The notes under the pieces: model-generated | The model's database searches: none | What the model was told of the DNA's origin: nothing | The model's input: only the letters and a program-made list of their open reading frames with translations | Assembly: GCF_021028975.2 (NCBI RefSeq) | Contig: NC_059427.1 | Coordinates: 124,496,001-124,560,000 of the forward strand | From: Sphaerodactylus townsendi | Taxonomy: Eukaryota | Direction of reading: 5' to 3' | Length of the DNA stretch: 64,000 nucleotides | Part shown: positions 51,321 through 63,548 of the stretch, one piece after another | Position numbering within the stretch: position 1 is the stretch's first letter | Layout: the number at the start of each line of letters is the position of its first letter | Made by a program: the position numbers and the translations under genes

Positions 51321-51592
51321 TCACACACATGTTTCTGGATTAGTGACAACTTCCCCATTGTTTTCAGGTTCCTTTTTCAGAAACTGTTCCACCTCAATAG
51401 AGTCCACTTTGGAGTCTTCGGCGTGTTTGTTTAACACCTCTCTTTCTGCTACATCTTTTGCTTGTGCATCCTCCGGTTTTTTCTTAATACAACAAACATT
51501 CCCTACAGCCAGCACAATAGACGAGGTCACAACTTCAACGCCAGCAATAATAAAAACGTACATATATTTATGGGTCGCATCCAAGAGTTTAC
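51321..51592 (-). CDS. SLC16A3: SLC16A3 last coding exon (GKLLDATHKYMYVF...NGEVVTNPETCV*)
   Basis: 272 nt; total CDS 1407 nt = 468 aa; C-terminus like human MCT4 PETSV; synteny with CSNK1D. Confidence 0.95.
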
Positions 51593-52194
51593 CTAGAAAA
51601 GAGAATTCACAGGGGCTTAAGCAAAAATTGCTAACATTGCTATAAAGAAAATGGCAACACATTCAATCAACTACATTCTATAAATAGGCATTAATATATT
51701 TTCAACAGACCCTACCATTTTAAAGAATTTTTTTTAAAATCGGGAGATGCCGAAGTTCAAATGAGTCACTCTCCAAAGAAGCCTGCCAAAGACATACATT
51801 GCATGCCTTTAGCACAAAGCTTCATCTTTAAACAAAAATGGAATTTAAGTATAAAAATGGTAACAAGACCAGTATATTCCATAGTGCATTTCTGGATTTT
51901 TGGTTTATTTGATTCTCTAAGCCTCCTGATAAAAGATCAGAAAATGTTAGGGCGAAAACGTTTAAAGGCATAAATTAAATTTTGTAAATAAAATATCTCA
52001 TTCATATTTGACACTACTTGCTTTGAGAAATACTTCAGGAAGAAAGCAGAACATCACAGAAAGTCTGACAAACTGGAGATTCAGATGATCTGTGAGAATT
52101 CTGCCACTGAGATATCTTTCCATTTGTAATGGATTTGTGACTCAATGTGATTACCATATGCACCATCATTCAAGCAGCTCCTTTTATTACACAA

Positions 52195-52381
52195 ACAAGA
52201 ATTTTGTAGTGGTTAGAATGTTGGACTAGGACTGGGGAGACAATCCTAGTACTTCAAATCCCAAAACAGGCAGCTTATTAGGCGATCTCTTTTGGCCTAA
52301 CCTACCTCAAATGTTTTTGGGAAAGTGAAAATAGTGGAGACAAGAACTCTGTATGCTATCCAGAGTTCCTTAAAGGAAAGA
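52195..52381 (+). mobile_element. Old tRNA/CORE SINE
   Basis: TGTAGTGGTTAGAATGTTGGACTAGG head, GCCTAACCTACCTCA core. Confidence 0.6.
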
Positions 52382-52706
52382 CAGTGGCGTACCACCACAA
52401 AGCAGCCTCTGGGATACGTCCTGGGAACAGCACCCAGCCCTTGCCAAACTCCCCCTACCCTGCCCCACCGAACTCCCCCGGTGCTTTCATACCGCTTCTG
52501 CAACTGCAAAAAAACAAAACCAACAAACCTTTTCTACTGACCGAGCAGCACTGGCTGGCAACAGACTGGGGGTGGGGTCTTGGGGGGGGGGGGGGCAAGG
52601 AGTTCAGCCAAGGGCTGGGGGGAGGGGGCAAAATTTGTCCCCACATGACCCAGGAAGATGGGCCTGAGTCAAAAAACCACCCCTGTTCCCCACAGATATA
52701 CCAGCG
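52382..52706. mobile_element. GC-rich hAT-type element
   Basis: CAGTGGCGTACC start; right end uncertain. Confidence 0.45.
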
Positions 52707-53065
52707 AGAAAAGGTAGGGAAAAAAATGCAATGAACACCTTAGAATCACCCACTGAACATTGCATCGTGTGCCCAAGTTATGTTTTCTTGCTGATTTTTC
52801 AGATCCTTCTCATTTTTTCCCCAGGAAATCAGCCTCCACCATTTCCCATTCCACCAGACCTAGAACTAGAAAAAGTTGAGTGAAGGCTACTGTACCAATT
52901 GGAACAATCACATCAGTGGGAGGTATTGAAAAGAAGACTAACATTCAGTGCCTCACACTATGCTTCTTACAGTGACTGTCACCACTTGTTTTTCTGCCTT
53001 ATTCCACCAAAACAGTCCACATAACTTAAAACAGCAATGAGTTAATTAACTGAACTGAAATTTAC

Positions 53066-53833
53066 CTGCTGATGGTGGTCCAATTAGAACAGCCATTGCC
53101 TCCATCAGAAGAACCAAGCCAATGGCACTGGAAAACTTCTGGGTACCAACAATAGCCATGAGTACTTCAAACTGAAGAGCGCCAACCATTCCATAGGAAA
53201 TGCCAAAGAAAATGCAGAAGACCACTAAGCCAGCATAATTGATGGACAGTGACCCTATGAGATCAGTTAAGCCATTAAATAGCATCGCAAAGCTAAAGAA
53301 GTAGACACAGCGGGGCCTAACCCACTCCAAGCCAGCCACTATTCCACAAATCGGTCGAGCAAAGATATCAATGAATCCAAGGATGGTCAGAAGTAAAGCT
53401 GCTTTGGTGTCTGGGTATTTCAGATCCTTAGCGTAGCTCACCACAAAGACCGGGGGAACAAACAAGCCCAGCACCATGATGGATGCAGCCACCGTGTAGA
53501 TTAGGAAGCCTCGATCTTTAAAGACACTGAAATCCAGCAGTTTTTTCTTGGGTTTTTTCTCAGTGACTGCTGTGAAATCTTCAGTTTTCTTAGGTGGCTC
53601 CAGAGGTCTCATCAGAGCTCCACAAACACAACAGTTCAAAAGTATCCCACCCAGGATCAGAAATCCCCCTCGCCATCCATATTGATGTTGCAGCACCTGC
53701 CCCAATGGTGAAAGAGCACAAAGAAAAACAGGGCTTCCGGCTGCAGCAAGCCCATTGGCCAAAGGGCGACGTTTGTCAAAGTAGCGATTTAGCATGATGA
53801 GTGAAGGCTGGAAGTTGAGAGCAAGACCCAAAC
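53066..53833 (-). CDS. SLC16A3: SLC16A3 coding exon 3 ([28 protein letters not shown]...GPPSA)
   Basis: 768 nt; [11 protein letters not shown] motif, DIFAR transport pair. Confidence 0.98.
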
Positions 53834-53871
53834 CTAGAAAGGAAGAAATGCCTTTTTAAACAAACAAAATC

Positions 53872-54622
53872 CATCATCTGTAGCAGGAGTGCAGGGGCAC
53901 AGCTTCATACAATGGTGCCCGGGGTTCACCCTGGGTGCTGCCCCCCACTCCCACAGTTCAGAGAACAGGACTCTCCCTGCCCACAGTCTCCACATGGAGA
54001 TCAGGAATGGGGCTAGCTGGGCTGGCCCTGCCCCCATCTCCACGTGGAGTTTGGGTGTGGGGCCGACACCTGAATTCCACATGGAGATGGGAGACAGGGC
54101 AAGCCCAGCTGGCCCCACTCCTGATCTTCATGTGGAGATTGTGGGCACAGTGAGCCCTGTCAGTCAGCTGGCCCCACCCCTGATCTCCACGTGATCAGGA
54201 GCAGCAAGGGCTTGTTTGATCTTGGTCTCAGCAAGGCTTGGGTCCAGCTTTCAGCCTACAGTTTAGATCTCGATCCAAGCCTCACTGAGGGCAGGATCAG
54301 ACTGAGCATGGAGACTGTCCAGCTCTAACTTTATGCTGTTGGATCTGACCAGAGGTGGAGCTTGGGTGCAGAACCAACAGTATAAAGCTAGAGCTGGACA
54401 TGTTCAGTCCGATCTTCACCTCAGCGAGACTTGGTTCCAGCTCTAAACTGCTGGCCCTACTCCCAATTGCCATGTGGCTTTCAACTATACCCCTACTCTG
54501 AACTCCATGGAGAGTTCAGGACTAGGGTGCAGTTGTAAGGAGGGGCACAGCCCTGCAATGTCCTCCCCAGGAAGTGGCATCTGGGGCTCCATATCCCCAT
54601 GATCCCCCAGCTACACCACTGC
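53872..54622. mobile_element. Non-autonomous hAT-type element with internal tandem units and a long hairpin
   Basis: Ends GCTACACCACTG; CTCCAC(A/G)TGGAG units 53985-54195; inverted repeat 54259-54450; left end uncertain. Confidence 0.6.
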
Positions 54623-54649
54623 AGAGTTAGACAAGCACAGGCTGTAGGT

Positions 54650-56887
54650 CACCCATTCCTGTCTCCAGGATAAATCTAGGATGTGGTCACCTTCAACCAA
54701 TCAGGAACATTGGGGGCTTGGAATGACACAACTCAGGGCCTGCTTCTTCTTCCCCAGGACAAGCAAAAGAAAGTCAACCAGTGCGCTCTATTGCTATCTC
54801 ACATGTACAGAGGCAATGTGATTGCAATATTGGCAATGTTGGGGCTCCTGATCTCCACAATAGACATAGTCCCATGGGGAAGATTCTACATGACAGAACT
54901 CCAGTGTGCCCTCCTGCCGTATAACCGGGGCTTGCAGACACTGAGGGTCGCAATCAGCCAGACACTGAGGGTCGCAATGAAATGGTAGACCCATTGGAAC
55001 AACATAGGGCAGATCCTTCCTTTCATTGGAGCAAATTGTAGTGACCATGATCGCAAGCAAGTGAGGCTGGGGGCGCACTGCCAAGGCAGGGCTACCCAGG
55101 AACTGGGGTCAGTGACAGAAAGGGACTGCTCCAGAAACTGGCTCGAATTGAGAGTGATTTGCCTAGAGCTCCAGGAGTTCCCGGACTTGGTTCAGGGAGC
55201 ACACATTATGATCCAAACGGACAATGTAATGGCCAAGGCTCACGTAAACCGACACGGGTGAACAAGGGCACTAATCCTGAACTGGGAGGTCAACAAGCTA
55301 TTCACGTGGGCAGAGTCAAACATGGCCAACCTATAAGCAAGACATGTCAAAGAAGTGGACAATGTGAGCAGAGAGTCCCTGTACCCAGGATAATGGTCCC
55401 TGAGCATCAATGGGCTCCAAGAGAGAGTGAACAGACAGAGGCTGCCTGTGATGGATCTCTTCGCAACCAGGGAAAATGCCCTGGTGCCCAGTTTCTTCAT
55501 GAGGGTGCCCAACAGACAGGCAGTGGGTGAGGACCCTCTGAAGCAACAATGGTCCAGGGGGCTCCTGTATGCCTTCCCTCCCGTCCCAATCATCAATAAG
55601 GTTTTGGGAAAATATGGAAGGAAAGAGCAGAAGTGATCCTGATAAAACAGGTCACGTTGGCCGTGGTTCTCGGTCCTGTTCACATGGCAGAGGGACCCCC
55701 ATGGAGGCTGCCAAACCACAAGGACCTGCTCCATCAGGGTCTGTTCCTGCACCAAGACCTAGATTGGCTACAACTGGTGGTCACAGCAATTTCAACAGTC
55801 CTTGAAGAACAAGTCTACAGTTTCTAAAAGGCACCCAACAGCTGGAACCACCAGTGGTCTATAGGTTTTCTACATGGAGTTTAGGCAAGGTCTGATTGCA
55901 AGTCCTTTTGAACCACTACAGAATACAACTGTTTACTACCGAACATGGTAGTTGGGTAGTCTTCCTCGTGGCGATCACATTGGCAAGGAAAGTTTCAAGA
56001 GAGTTGCAAGGAATTGTGCCAGTTCCAGCAAGACACAGTGATTCTCAGGACTGATCCCTCTTCATCCCAAAGATGAACACTTCATTTCATTTAAACCAGC
56101 AAGTGGCACTACCATCATTTTGCCCCAATCCTACACACCCAAAGGTGGAGGGGCATAAATTGAATGTTAGGAGAGTGCTACAAACGTATCCAAAGTGCAC
56201 CAAGGACTTCAGGAAAACAGATGACTTGTTCATATTTCCAGAATGGGGGAGAAGGCGTCACAAACAACCACAGCATGCTGGATGAAGCTATGCATCCAGG
56301 CAGCATATGAGAGTCCAGGAAGCAGGTTGCCAGAGGAGGTCTTGGCTCATTCCTCCACAGCAGCTGCAACATCAGGTGCATTTGGGACTAGGGCCCCAGC
56401 AGATGAAATTTGCAGGGCAGCAACCTGGTCCTCCTTTTCCTCCTTCATCAGGCATTACTGGTTAGAGCAACAAAGGTCAGCCTCAGCGACCTTTGGACAA
56501 TGAGTTCTGCTGCAGGTGGTGGAGGCATAAGCCATGGGAGATTACAACTACGCACAAAGCCTGATGAATCAGGGCCCACCCATGGAGGTTAGCTTAGGCA
56601 CATAACCATCCAGATGATGGAGCCCTACTGGTGGAGAATGACCCACCGGACTCATTATGAGGGGGTCTTCTCCCCAGTAGAGCGGTGTCATTTGCTTTCC
56701 CATCCTTACAGATAGTACAGATATCGAAGGCCAAGTGGGGGGGGGGGGAGAATCTTCTTATAGTAATGAGCTCAGCAAGAAAATTTGCATAGCCCTGCCC
56801 GCTTGATGGGGGTGGCAACCTAACCATCTGGATGACTCTGCCCTACTGAGGAGAAGACCTCCACTTGGTGAGTCCAGTGGGTCATTT
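54650..56887 (+). mobile_element. DIRS1-type tyrosine-recombinase retrotransposon, decayed 3' half (RT end, RNase H, DAM methyltransferase, YR, terminal inverted repeat)
   Basis: RNase H NWLEL..IQTDN..AHVNRHG; MTase DLFA..YAFPP; YR FHLNQQVALPSFCP, AHS.., EICRAATWSS..FIRHY; inverted repeat 56637-56691/56832-56886 ending in TTT. Confidence 0.9.
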
Positions 56888-57192
56888 GCAAGCATTCAGC
56901 TGCAAGAAGGGATGGGGAAACAGGGAAAGTGGGAGACAAAAAAATTGGGAACACGGGAGCTCGTTGAAGCGCATGTTACAGTTTTCCAAAGGCTAGAGCA
57001 TAATGCAGATGAAGGCTCAGTGTTTCCTTGCCTCAAAATCTCCTTTCATTCCAAAAGCTAGTTCATTAAGGAGGAGATTATGTCATGGGTGTTTTTTCCT
57101 TGAAAGTATAGATTAGTCCACTGACTCAAATACCACATTGCAACATATAACGTACCCAGATGATTCTTTTAAAGCCTGTCAATAATACTCAC

Positions 57193-57336
57193 CAGTAATG
57201 ACACCAACAGTAACATAGACCTGGATGATGCTATTACAGAAGGATGCAGTTATCATCCCCGCTGAAGCGAAGAGGCCTCCAACCAGCATAACAGGCCGGC
57301 AACCAAATCGATTCACACACATACTGCACAGGGGAC
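57193..57336 (-). CDS. SLC16A3: SLC16A3 coding exon 2 ([25 protein letters not shown]...GVIT)
   Basis: 144 nt, canonical splice sites, MFS RFGCR motif. Confidence 0.97.
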
Positions 57337-57974
57337 CTGACAAAAAAGAGACTATCATACAACTGTACCTGTATAGAACAATCATGAGAGTTTGTTACAT
57401 TCTGACCATCTTGCCATATTCCACGCTCAGATTCAGTTGTGGGAAATACAGTGCTGGAAACCATTACAATACTGCCTCTTTCTTTCAGCTAGCCAAGGTT
57501 CTGCAATGACTTAGTGCTTACAAAGTCTCTGCCCACAGTTTGGGTGCAGCTATAGCGAAGTTGACTGAATTTAAAAAAGACTGAAATGACAGTAGCTAGC
57601 AGGTCTTGTAATTTGGAGACAGAGATGGGAACATCCATAATACGTTGTTTCCCACCTCTCCTGATTTCTTAGATTTGCAGTTTTGGGGAATCCTGTGGAC
57701 CCACAACTGCTCCTGAAAGCAGAAGTAGTGTTTGTATTCATCTTTTACTGGCACAATTTTGGAAGGCGTTGTATATCAGCTGCACAAGGGGAGCAAGCCA
57801 GCATTTGTGCCTTTGTAACCTCATTGTAACCTCATGAGGCTACTGCAACAGACTCCAGATGCACTGCCATCCTTGAGAACTATCCAGTAACTTCAGCTGG
57901 TACATGTTTGAATCAATTCAATGAAGGTTGCCAAAGGTATCTGTAGTAGCATCCTGTTGTTTCCAGAAACCAAT

Positions 57975-58200
57975 TCACAGTCTTGGCTCTGACCTTATAA
58001 ACCATTTAGTGGTTTGGGCACTACATATCTCAGGAACTGAAATATCATTAGTTCCTTCATGAAATTTAAGACCATTCTTCAATGCCTTTTTAACTGTACC
58101 ATCTGTGACCCGCTCAGATAGCAAGGGCATGCATAGAGGCATTCTTGATGATTTCCCATAGTTATGTAACTTTCTTCCGCAGACATCTGAAAGTCATAAT
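57975..58200 (+). mobile_element. Old L2 fragment
   Basis: LALTYKPFSGLG...YL-like remnant. Confidence 0.45.
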
Positions 58201-59076
58201 CCAAATACCAAAATGACCTTCCCTATCTGAGCTACTTTTTGTGACTGGGATTTTATGGGTATGAGGTGAAGGGGATGTAAATACCTCCTACAAGCTGTTT
58301 ATCTATAATTGTACTACAACAGTCCTTGCTTATCTTTCAAGAGACATCATATCGTCTGTGACAGTCTCACTATTTCTATATAAAGCATGCAGATGGATTG
58401 ATAAATCAGTGCCTTTTAGTTGTGCTTATTATATATGTGTGATTTCAAAACTGACAGATTACAGCAATCTTCATTCCATAGGTGGATTGATAGTCAAGTA
58501 TCAGCACAGTCTTTCTAACTTAAATCTTTTGCCAACAGTGTTATTTTGGGATCCATTGCCATGTGGCAGATTCCATACTGCTGGGATATAGCCCAACAGA
58601 AGGTGCATTCCATTAAGAGTTATTTGCACGAAGAGATTAATTCAAGTACATTCTCCTGCAAAAAGTGCAATTCCAGGGTAGTCCCAGATCATACGAATCA
58701 AAAACACCTCCAACATGGAGCAAGCTCACTTAGAGTTCCCCCTGCCTTCAAAATAGTCTGTAAGGGCTCCAGTGTACCTAGTATAGAAGTTTCAGTCTTA
58801 AATCAGGAAAATGTGTGTTTATTGATGCAAGTACCCATTTCCATTTATTAGGTAATGTTAGTTGTTCTAGGTTCTACTGTCTCTGAAAGATGTGTATAGC
58901 AGTTCTATAAAATGAAGAAAGTTATTTACAAAAAAGGAGCTTCAGGGATTTTGGGCAGTCATGTTATGGCACTACATTTTTTTTCAAAAGGTATTTGTGC
59001 TGAACATACTGCCATTGTGTAGTCTGTGGGAGATCATATTTATCACAGAGCATTTAGAAAGAATAAAAATTTGCAT

Positions 59077-60397
59077 TAAGAACATAACAACATAAGAACA
59101 AGCCAGCTGGATCAGACCAGAGTCCATCTAGTCCATCTCTCTGCTACTCGCAGTGGCCCACCAGGTGCCATTGGGAGCTCACATGCAGGATGTGAAAGCA
59201 ATGGCCATCTGCGGCTGTTGCTCCCGATCACCTGGTCTGTTAAGGCATTTGCAATCTCAGATCCAAGAGGATCAAGATTGGTAGCCATAAATCGACTTCT
59301 CCTCCATAAATCTGTCCAAGCCCCTTTTAAAGCTATCCAGGTTAGTGGCCATCACCACCTCCTGTGGCAGCATATTCTAAACACCAATCACACGTTGCGT
59401 GAAGAAGTGTTTCCTTTTATTAGTCCTAATTCTTCCCCCCAGCATTTTCAACGAATGCCCCCCTGGTTCTAGTATTGTGAGAAGAGAGAAAAAATTTCTC
59501 TCATTTGTCAACATTTTCTACCCCATGCATAATTTTATAGACTTCTAATCCCAATATCCCCCCCTCAGTCCCTCTCTCTCCAAACTAAAAAAAAGAGGTC
59601 CCCAAAGCGGCTGCAGCCTTTCCTCATAGGGAAGGTGCTCCAGTCCCTCAATCATCCCTTTTGTTGCCCTTTCTCTGCACTTTTTTTTCTATCTCCTCAA
59701 TATCCTTTTTTTTTGAGATTCAAGCACCAGAACTGGACACAGTACTCCAAGTCTTGCGGGAATTCAGCGACTCCACTGCTTTTGTATATAAGGGCAGCTG
59801 ACAATCTTTGCCGCTTTTATTCTCTCAATTCCTTTTCCTAATTATCCCCAGCATAGAGGTTTTGCCTTTTTTCACAGCTGCCATGCATTGGAGTTGACAT
59901 TCCCATGGAACTATCAACTAAGATGCCCAAATCCCTTTCCTGGTCTGTGACTGATAGCACTGACCCTTGCTTGAAGCTTGTAAGTGTGAAGTTTGGATTT
60001 TTTGCCCCTATGTGCATCACTTTGCATTTTGCTACATTGAACTGCATTTGCCATTTCTTAGCCCAGCACTCACCCTAATTTATCAAGGTCCGGGCTTGGA
60101 GCTCTTTCTCAAGAATCCTTTGTGGTCTTCTCACCAACCCTACATAATTTGGTATCATCTGCAAACTTGGCCACCACGCTACCCACCCCTACTTCCAGGT
60201 CATTTTTGAATAGGTTAAAGAGCACTGGTCCCAAAATGGATCCTTGGGGGACACCACTCCCTACATCTCTCCATTGGGAGAACTTCCCATTTACACCCAC
60301 TTTTTGCTTCCTGTTTCTCAACCAGTTTTTAATCCATAGGAGGACTTCCCCTCTTATTCCTTGATTGCTGAGTTTTCTCAATAGTCTCTGGTGAGGA
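59077..60397 (-). mobile_element. CR1 LINE, 5'-truncated (~1.3 kb)
   Basis: RT motifs [34 protein letters not shown]; (AAGAACAT)n 3' end. Confidence 0.95.
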
Positions 60398-61714
60398 TTG
60401 TTGCATGCAACATGTTGCATGTTGCATCGTTGCATGCAAGTGGATTTAGTATTGACGTTTGACTATTGGCCAAGACACTAACAATTTTTAATTTGAGTTA
60501 GACCTAACTGAATGATTTGCATGTGTGTGTAAATTAATTGTTTCTTCGTCTGCTGATTGCATACTATGTCTGTTTAGTCATCGTGGGCAAACTGCTTATG
60601 GAGGCAAGAGCAGGGAAAAGTTAACTCCCATTGAAGCTAAATAAAATTTATCAATATGAGTTCACGCGAGTTCCTCAGGTGGCCATGTCCATTCTAGTGC
60701 TGATATTATTAAGTTCTTACAATGACTGAGTAAATTATGCAGTATATAATTCCATTCTCTTCTGTCACTGGAGTTTATGGGGTAAAAAACAAGGTGACAC
60801 TTTATTCCAGAAAAAAAAATACTGATCTGCTGGAATTTTTTCAGGAAACTGGTAATTGAAGAATGTTAACTCTACCCCATAAACTGATAGTGGTTTCCAT
60901 CTATCTAGATCAATTTTCAGCTGTAGAATTATCCATTCCATATTGTCTGATCCATTTGAGAGACATTTGGTGTGATTATGATCTCAGGTAAGTAAATCTT
61001 GTAGTTTTCCACTGAAAAGTCCACTTGGGAAATAGTACAAACCAATACACAGTCTGATTTACTCCAATACTCTTGTAAAAGCAAGATGACACAGAGGCAT
61101 GGTTTTTCTCAGAAAAGAATTAACATATCATCTACATATTATAGAATTTTATTACTCCCTTATTTCCACTTAAATCCCTGACTATTATTTTGCAATCCAG
61201 CTGCTTAAAAGTTCTTTTGTCAAGTTAAACAGGAGTGAGATGCAACAGTCCCATCGAGTGACTCGTAGAAATTCAACTGAGGATAGGATTATTCCACTAG
61301 TAACACCTCTCAATTTAGGGAGAACACAGACAAATTGCTCAGGCAATTATCATTGTTACCTAACCTCCCAAAGCTTACATCTGAAAAGCTTCCAAGGAGG
61401 AGGCAATGTCGTCAAGCCTCCTGTATTACTTCAAGGACCTCTCTTTAGATCCCACCATTAGCAGGGGTCAGGAGAAAACAATACCACAGGAGGAGTGCAT
61501 TGAGCAACATGGACTATGCTCACTCCTGGAACCAAGCAGACCGCTGTTGCCATCTACCATATTGTTCTCAGAACGTTCCTCTATTATTCCCAAAGAGCAA
61601 AGAACATAGCAAGCTAGAACTGAAGCCAAGAGCATAAGGTTCAGTGCCCATAAGCAGCACAAGGCCCCACTGCTGCCAGTCATTTGGCTTAGCTTAAACT
61701 ACTCTAGAATCAGT

Positions 61715-61980
61715 TCCAGTGATGCTGTAGAGGCAGCAACAAAGCTCTTCATCAACCACCTGGAATCTGCTATTGCAATATCTCCCTTCAGCAACTCTTC
61801 TTGTGTCCCTGAAGCCATAGCTATCTGATTGGACAGCTTATTACCTTTTTTCCCCTGCCCCGAGCCTAACTGGGTTGTTCCCCTGTTCCTTCAGTAGCTC
61901 TCAGCCTCTTACCACACTGCTAAAAATCAAAGCCATTCAGCTCACAAGGACAGCAGGGCAAATACTTGTACAGCTGCCAC
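61715..61980 (+). mobile_element. Old L2 fragment
   Basis: Degenerate ...CYCNISL... / KLQL..AA segment. Confidence 0.35.
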
Positions 61981-62301
61981 TGAAAAGTGTCTCTATATAT
62001 TATCAAATGCCTTTTTGACATCAGGAGAATGGACAACTGCTGGTTCTAATAGAGTTTGCCAGGGGAAGTAAGTCTATCAGGGATCTAATGTTGTCTGAGT
62101 CCTGGGGTCTTCTAATGAAGCCTACTTGATTTTATGAACCAATGTGAGAATTACTTCCTGATAACTTACACACAAAGACTGGTAAAGACTTCAGAGTCTA
62201 CATTAATCAGCAAGATAATTAGTCTTTACTTTGCACATGTTGCAAGGCCCTTTTCAGATTTATGGATGACGGAGATTAAAGTTTCATATAGCGTTACAGT
62301 A

Positions 62302-62674
62302 GGGTGTTGTGTGGTTTCCGGGCTGTATGGATGTGTTCTAGTAGCATTTTCTCCTAACGTTTCCTCTGCATCTGTGGCTGGCATCTTTAGAAGATCTGAT
62401 GGTAGCAAAGCAAGTGGAGTATAAAAACCTGCGGAATGTCCAGGGTGGGAGGAAGAACCCTTTATACTTGTTAACAGGCAAGCGGTTCTTTCTCCCACCC
62501 TGGACATTCCACAGGTATATATTCTCCACTTGTTTTATTACTATCAGATCCTCTGAAGATGCCAGTCACAGATGCAGGCGAAACATCAGGAGAAAATGCT
62601 ACTAGAAAACAGCCATACAGCCCGGAAACCACACAACACCCCAGTAATTCCGGCCGTGAAAACCTTCGACAATA
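62302..62674. mobile_element. Penelope-like element: inverted pseudo-LTR pair forming a ~340-bp palindrome
   Basis: Arms 62302-62468/62478-62642; hammerhead-like CTGAAGA..GAAA cores; flanking direct repeat GTTACAGTAG. Confidence 0.85.
62549..62591 (+). ncRNA. Minimal type-I hammerhead ribozyme motif (degenerate) of the Penelope pLTR
   Basis: TCCT-CTGAAGA-TGCC..GGC-GAAA-CATC-AGGA: helix I, CUGANGA core, helix II, GAAA, NUH. Confidence 0.6.
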
Positions 62675-62816
62675 CAGTGTTACAGTAGCTTATTAATGTA
62701 CTGTGGTTTCTGATAGGGAGGAAGATGTGAATCAATACATCATCATGTTTATAGGGAAGCCATTTGATCCTGAGGTGCAGGGATGTCTCTAACAGTACAT
62801 TCATAAGCAGTTACAT

Positions 62817-62963
62817 CAGGGGCAGAGCAAGGGGGTACTGCGCTCAGGGCACACGCACGCCCTGCACCCCTGCATGGTGCCACCCACCCCCACCCTGCCT
62901 GGAACGCCCCAGCCATTCCTCCTCCGCAGCTCCGCCCGGGGCGTCGCACCCCCCACCCCACTG
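62817..62963. mobile_element. GC-rich hAT MITE
   Basis: CAG...CTG ends; TSD AGTTACAT/AATTACAT. Confidence 0.8.
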
Positions 62964-63001
62964 AATTACATACTTCTGAGCCCATTGAGTTTAACAGACC
63001 T

Positions 63002-63089
63002 ATAGTGCAATCCAGAATAGAGTTACTCCAGTCTAAGCCTATTGAAGTCAACGGGCTTAGACTGGGGTAACTGTTCTGGATTGCACTGT
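63002..63089. mobile_element. Short palindromic MITE
   Basis: AGTGCAATCCAGAA..AGTTAC.CCAGTCTAAGCC / GGCTTAGACTGGGGTAACT..TTCTGGATTGCACT hairpin. Confidence 0.75.
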
Positions 63090-63548
63090 TAGAAGGGTAC
63101 AACTTTGCTTATGATTCCACTGTAAGTGTGATAGTACCAGCTTTTTTCAAAAACCTCTGGGTATCCGAACCCAAAAGATTTGTGTCACTTCAAAATAACC
63201 TTAAAATAAAACTGTGTTGTATGGAAATCTGGTGTTTCTGATGGTACAGTATAAGACATATAGGTTTAATTAATGGGAGTTTTTAAAAATATGCTTACTT
63301 AAAATAACTTCCCATGCCTTATACTCTATTCCCAGTGTTGTGGCTTGGTACAAATTAAATAAAAACCTGCTTGAAATGCCATGCATGTTGACCTGCCTTT
63401 GCTAAAGAATGGACTACATGTTATGTCATTGGATCACTTTTTTAAAATCTCTGCTTCAAAATTATCAACTAAAGACATCTAGAGTAACATGCTGGAATTA
63501 AATGCTTCTTTGATCTCTTTATTTTTACTTAAAAAACAAACCACGTAC

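Noticed and set aside
53985-54195. CRISPR-like repeat-spacer array
   Set aside because: Eukaryotic DNA; units are degenerate tandem subrepeats of a transposon, not constant repeats with unique spacers.
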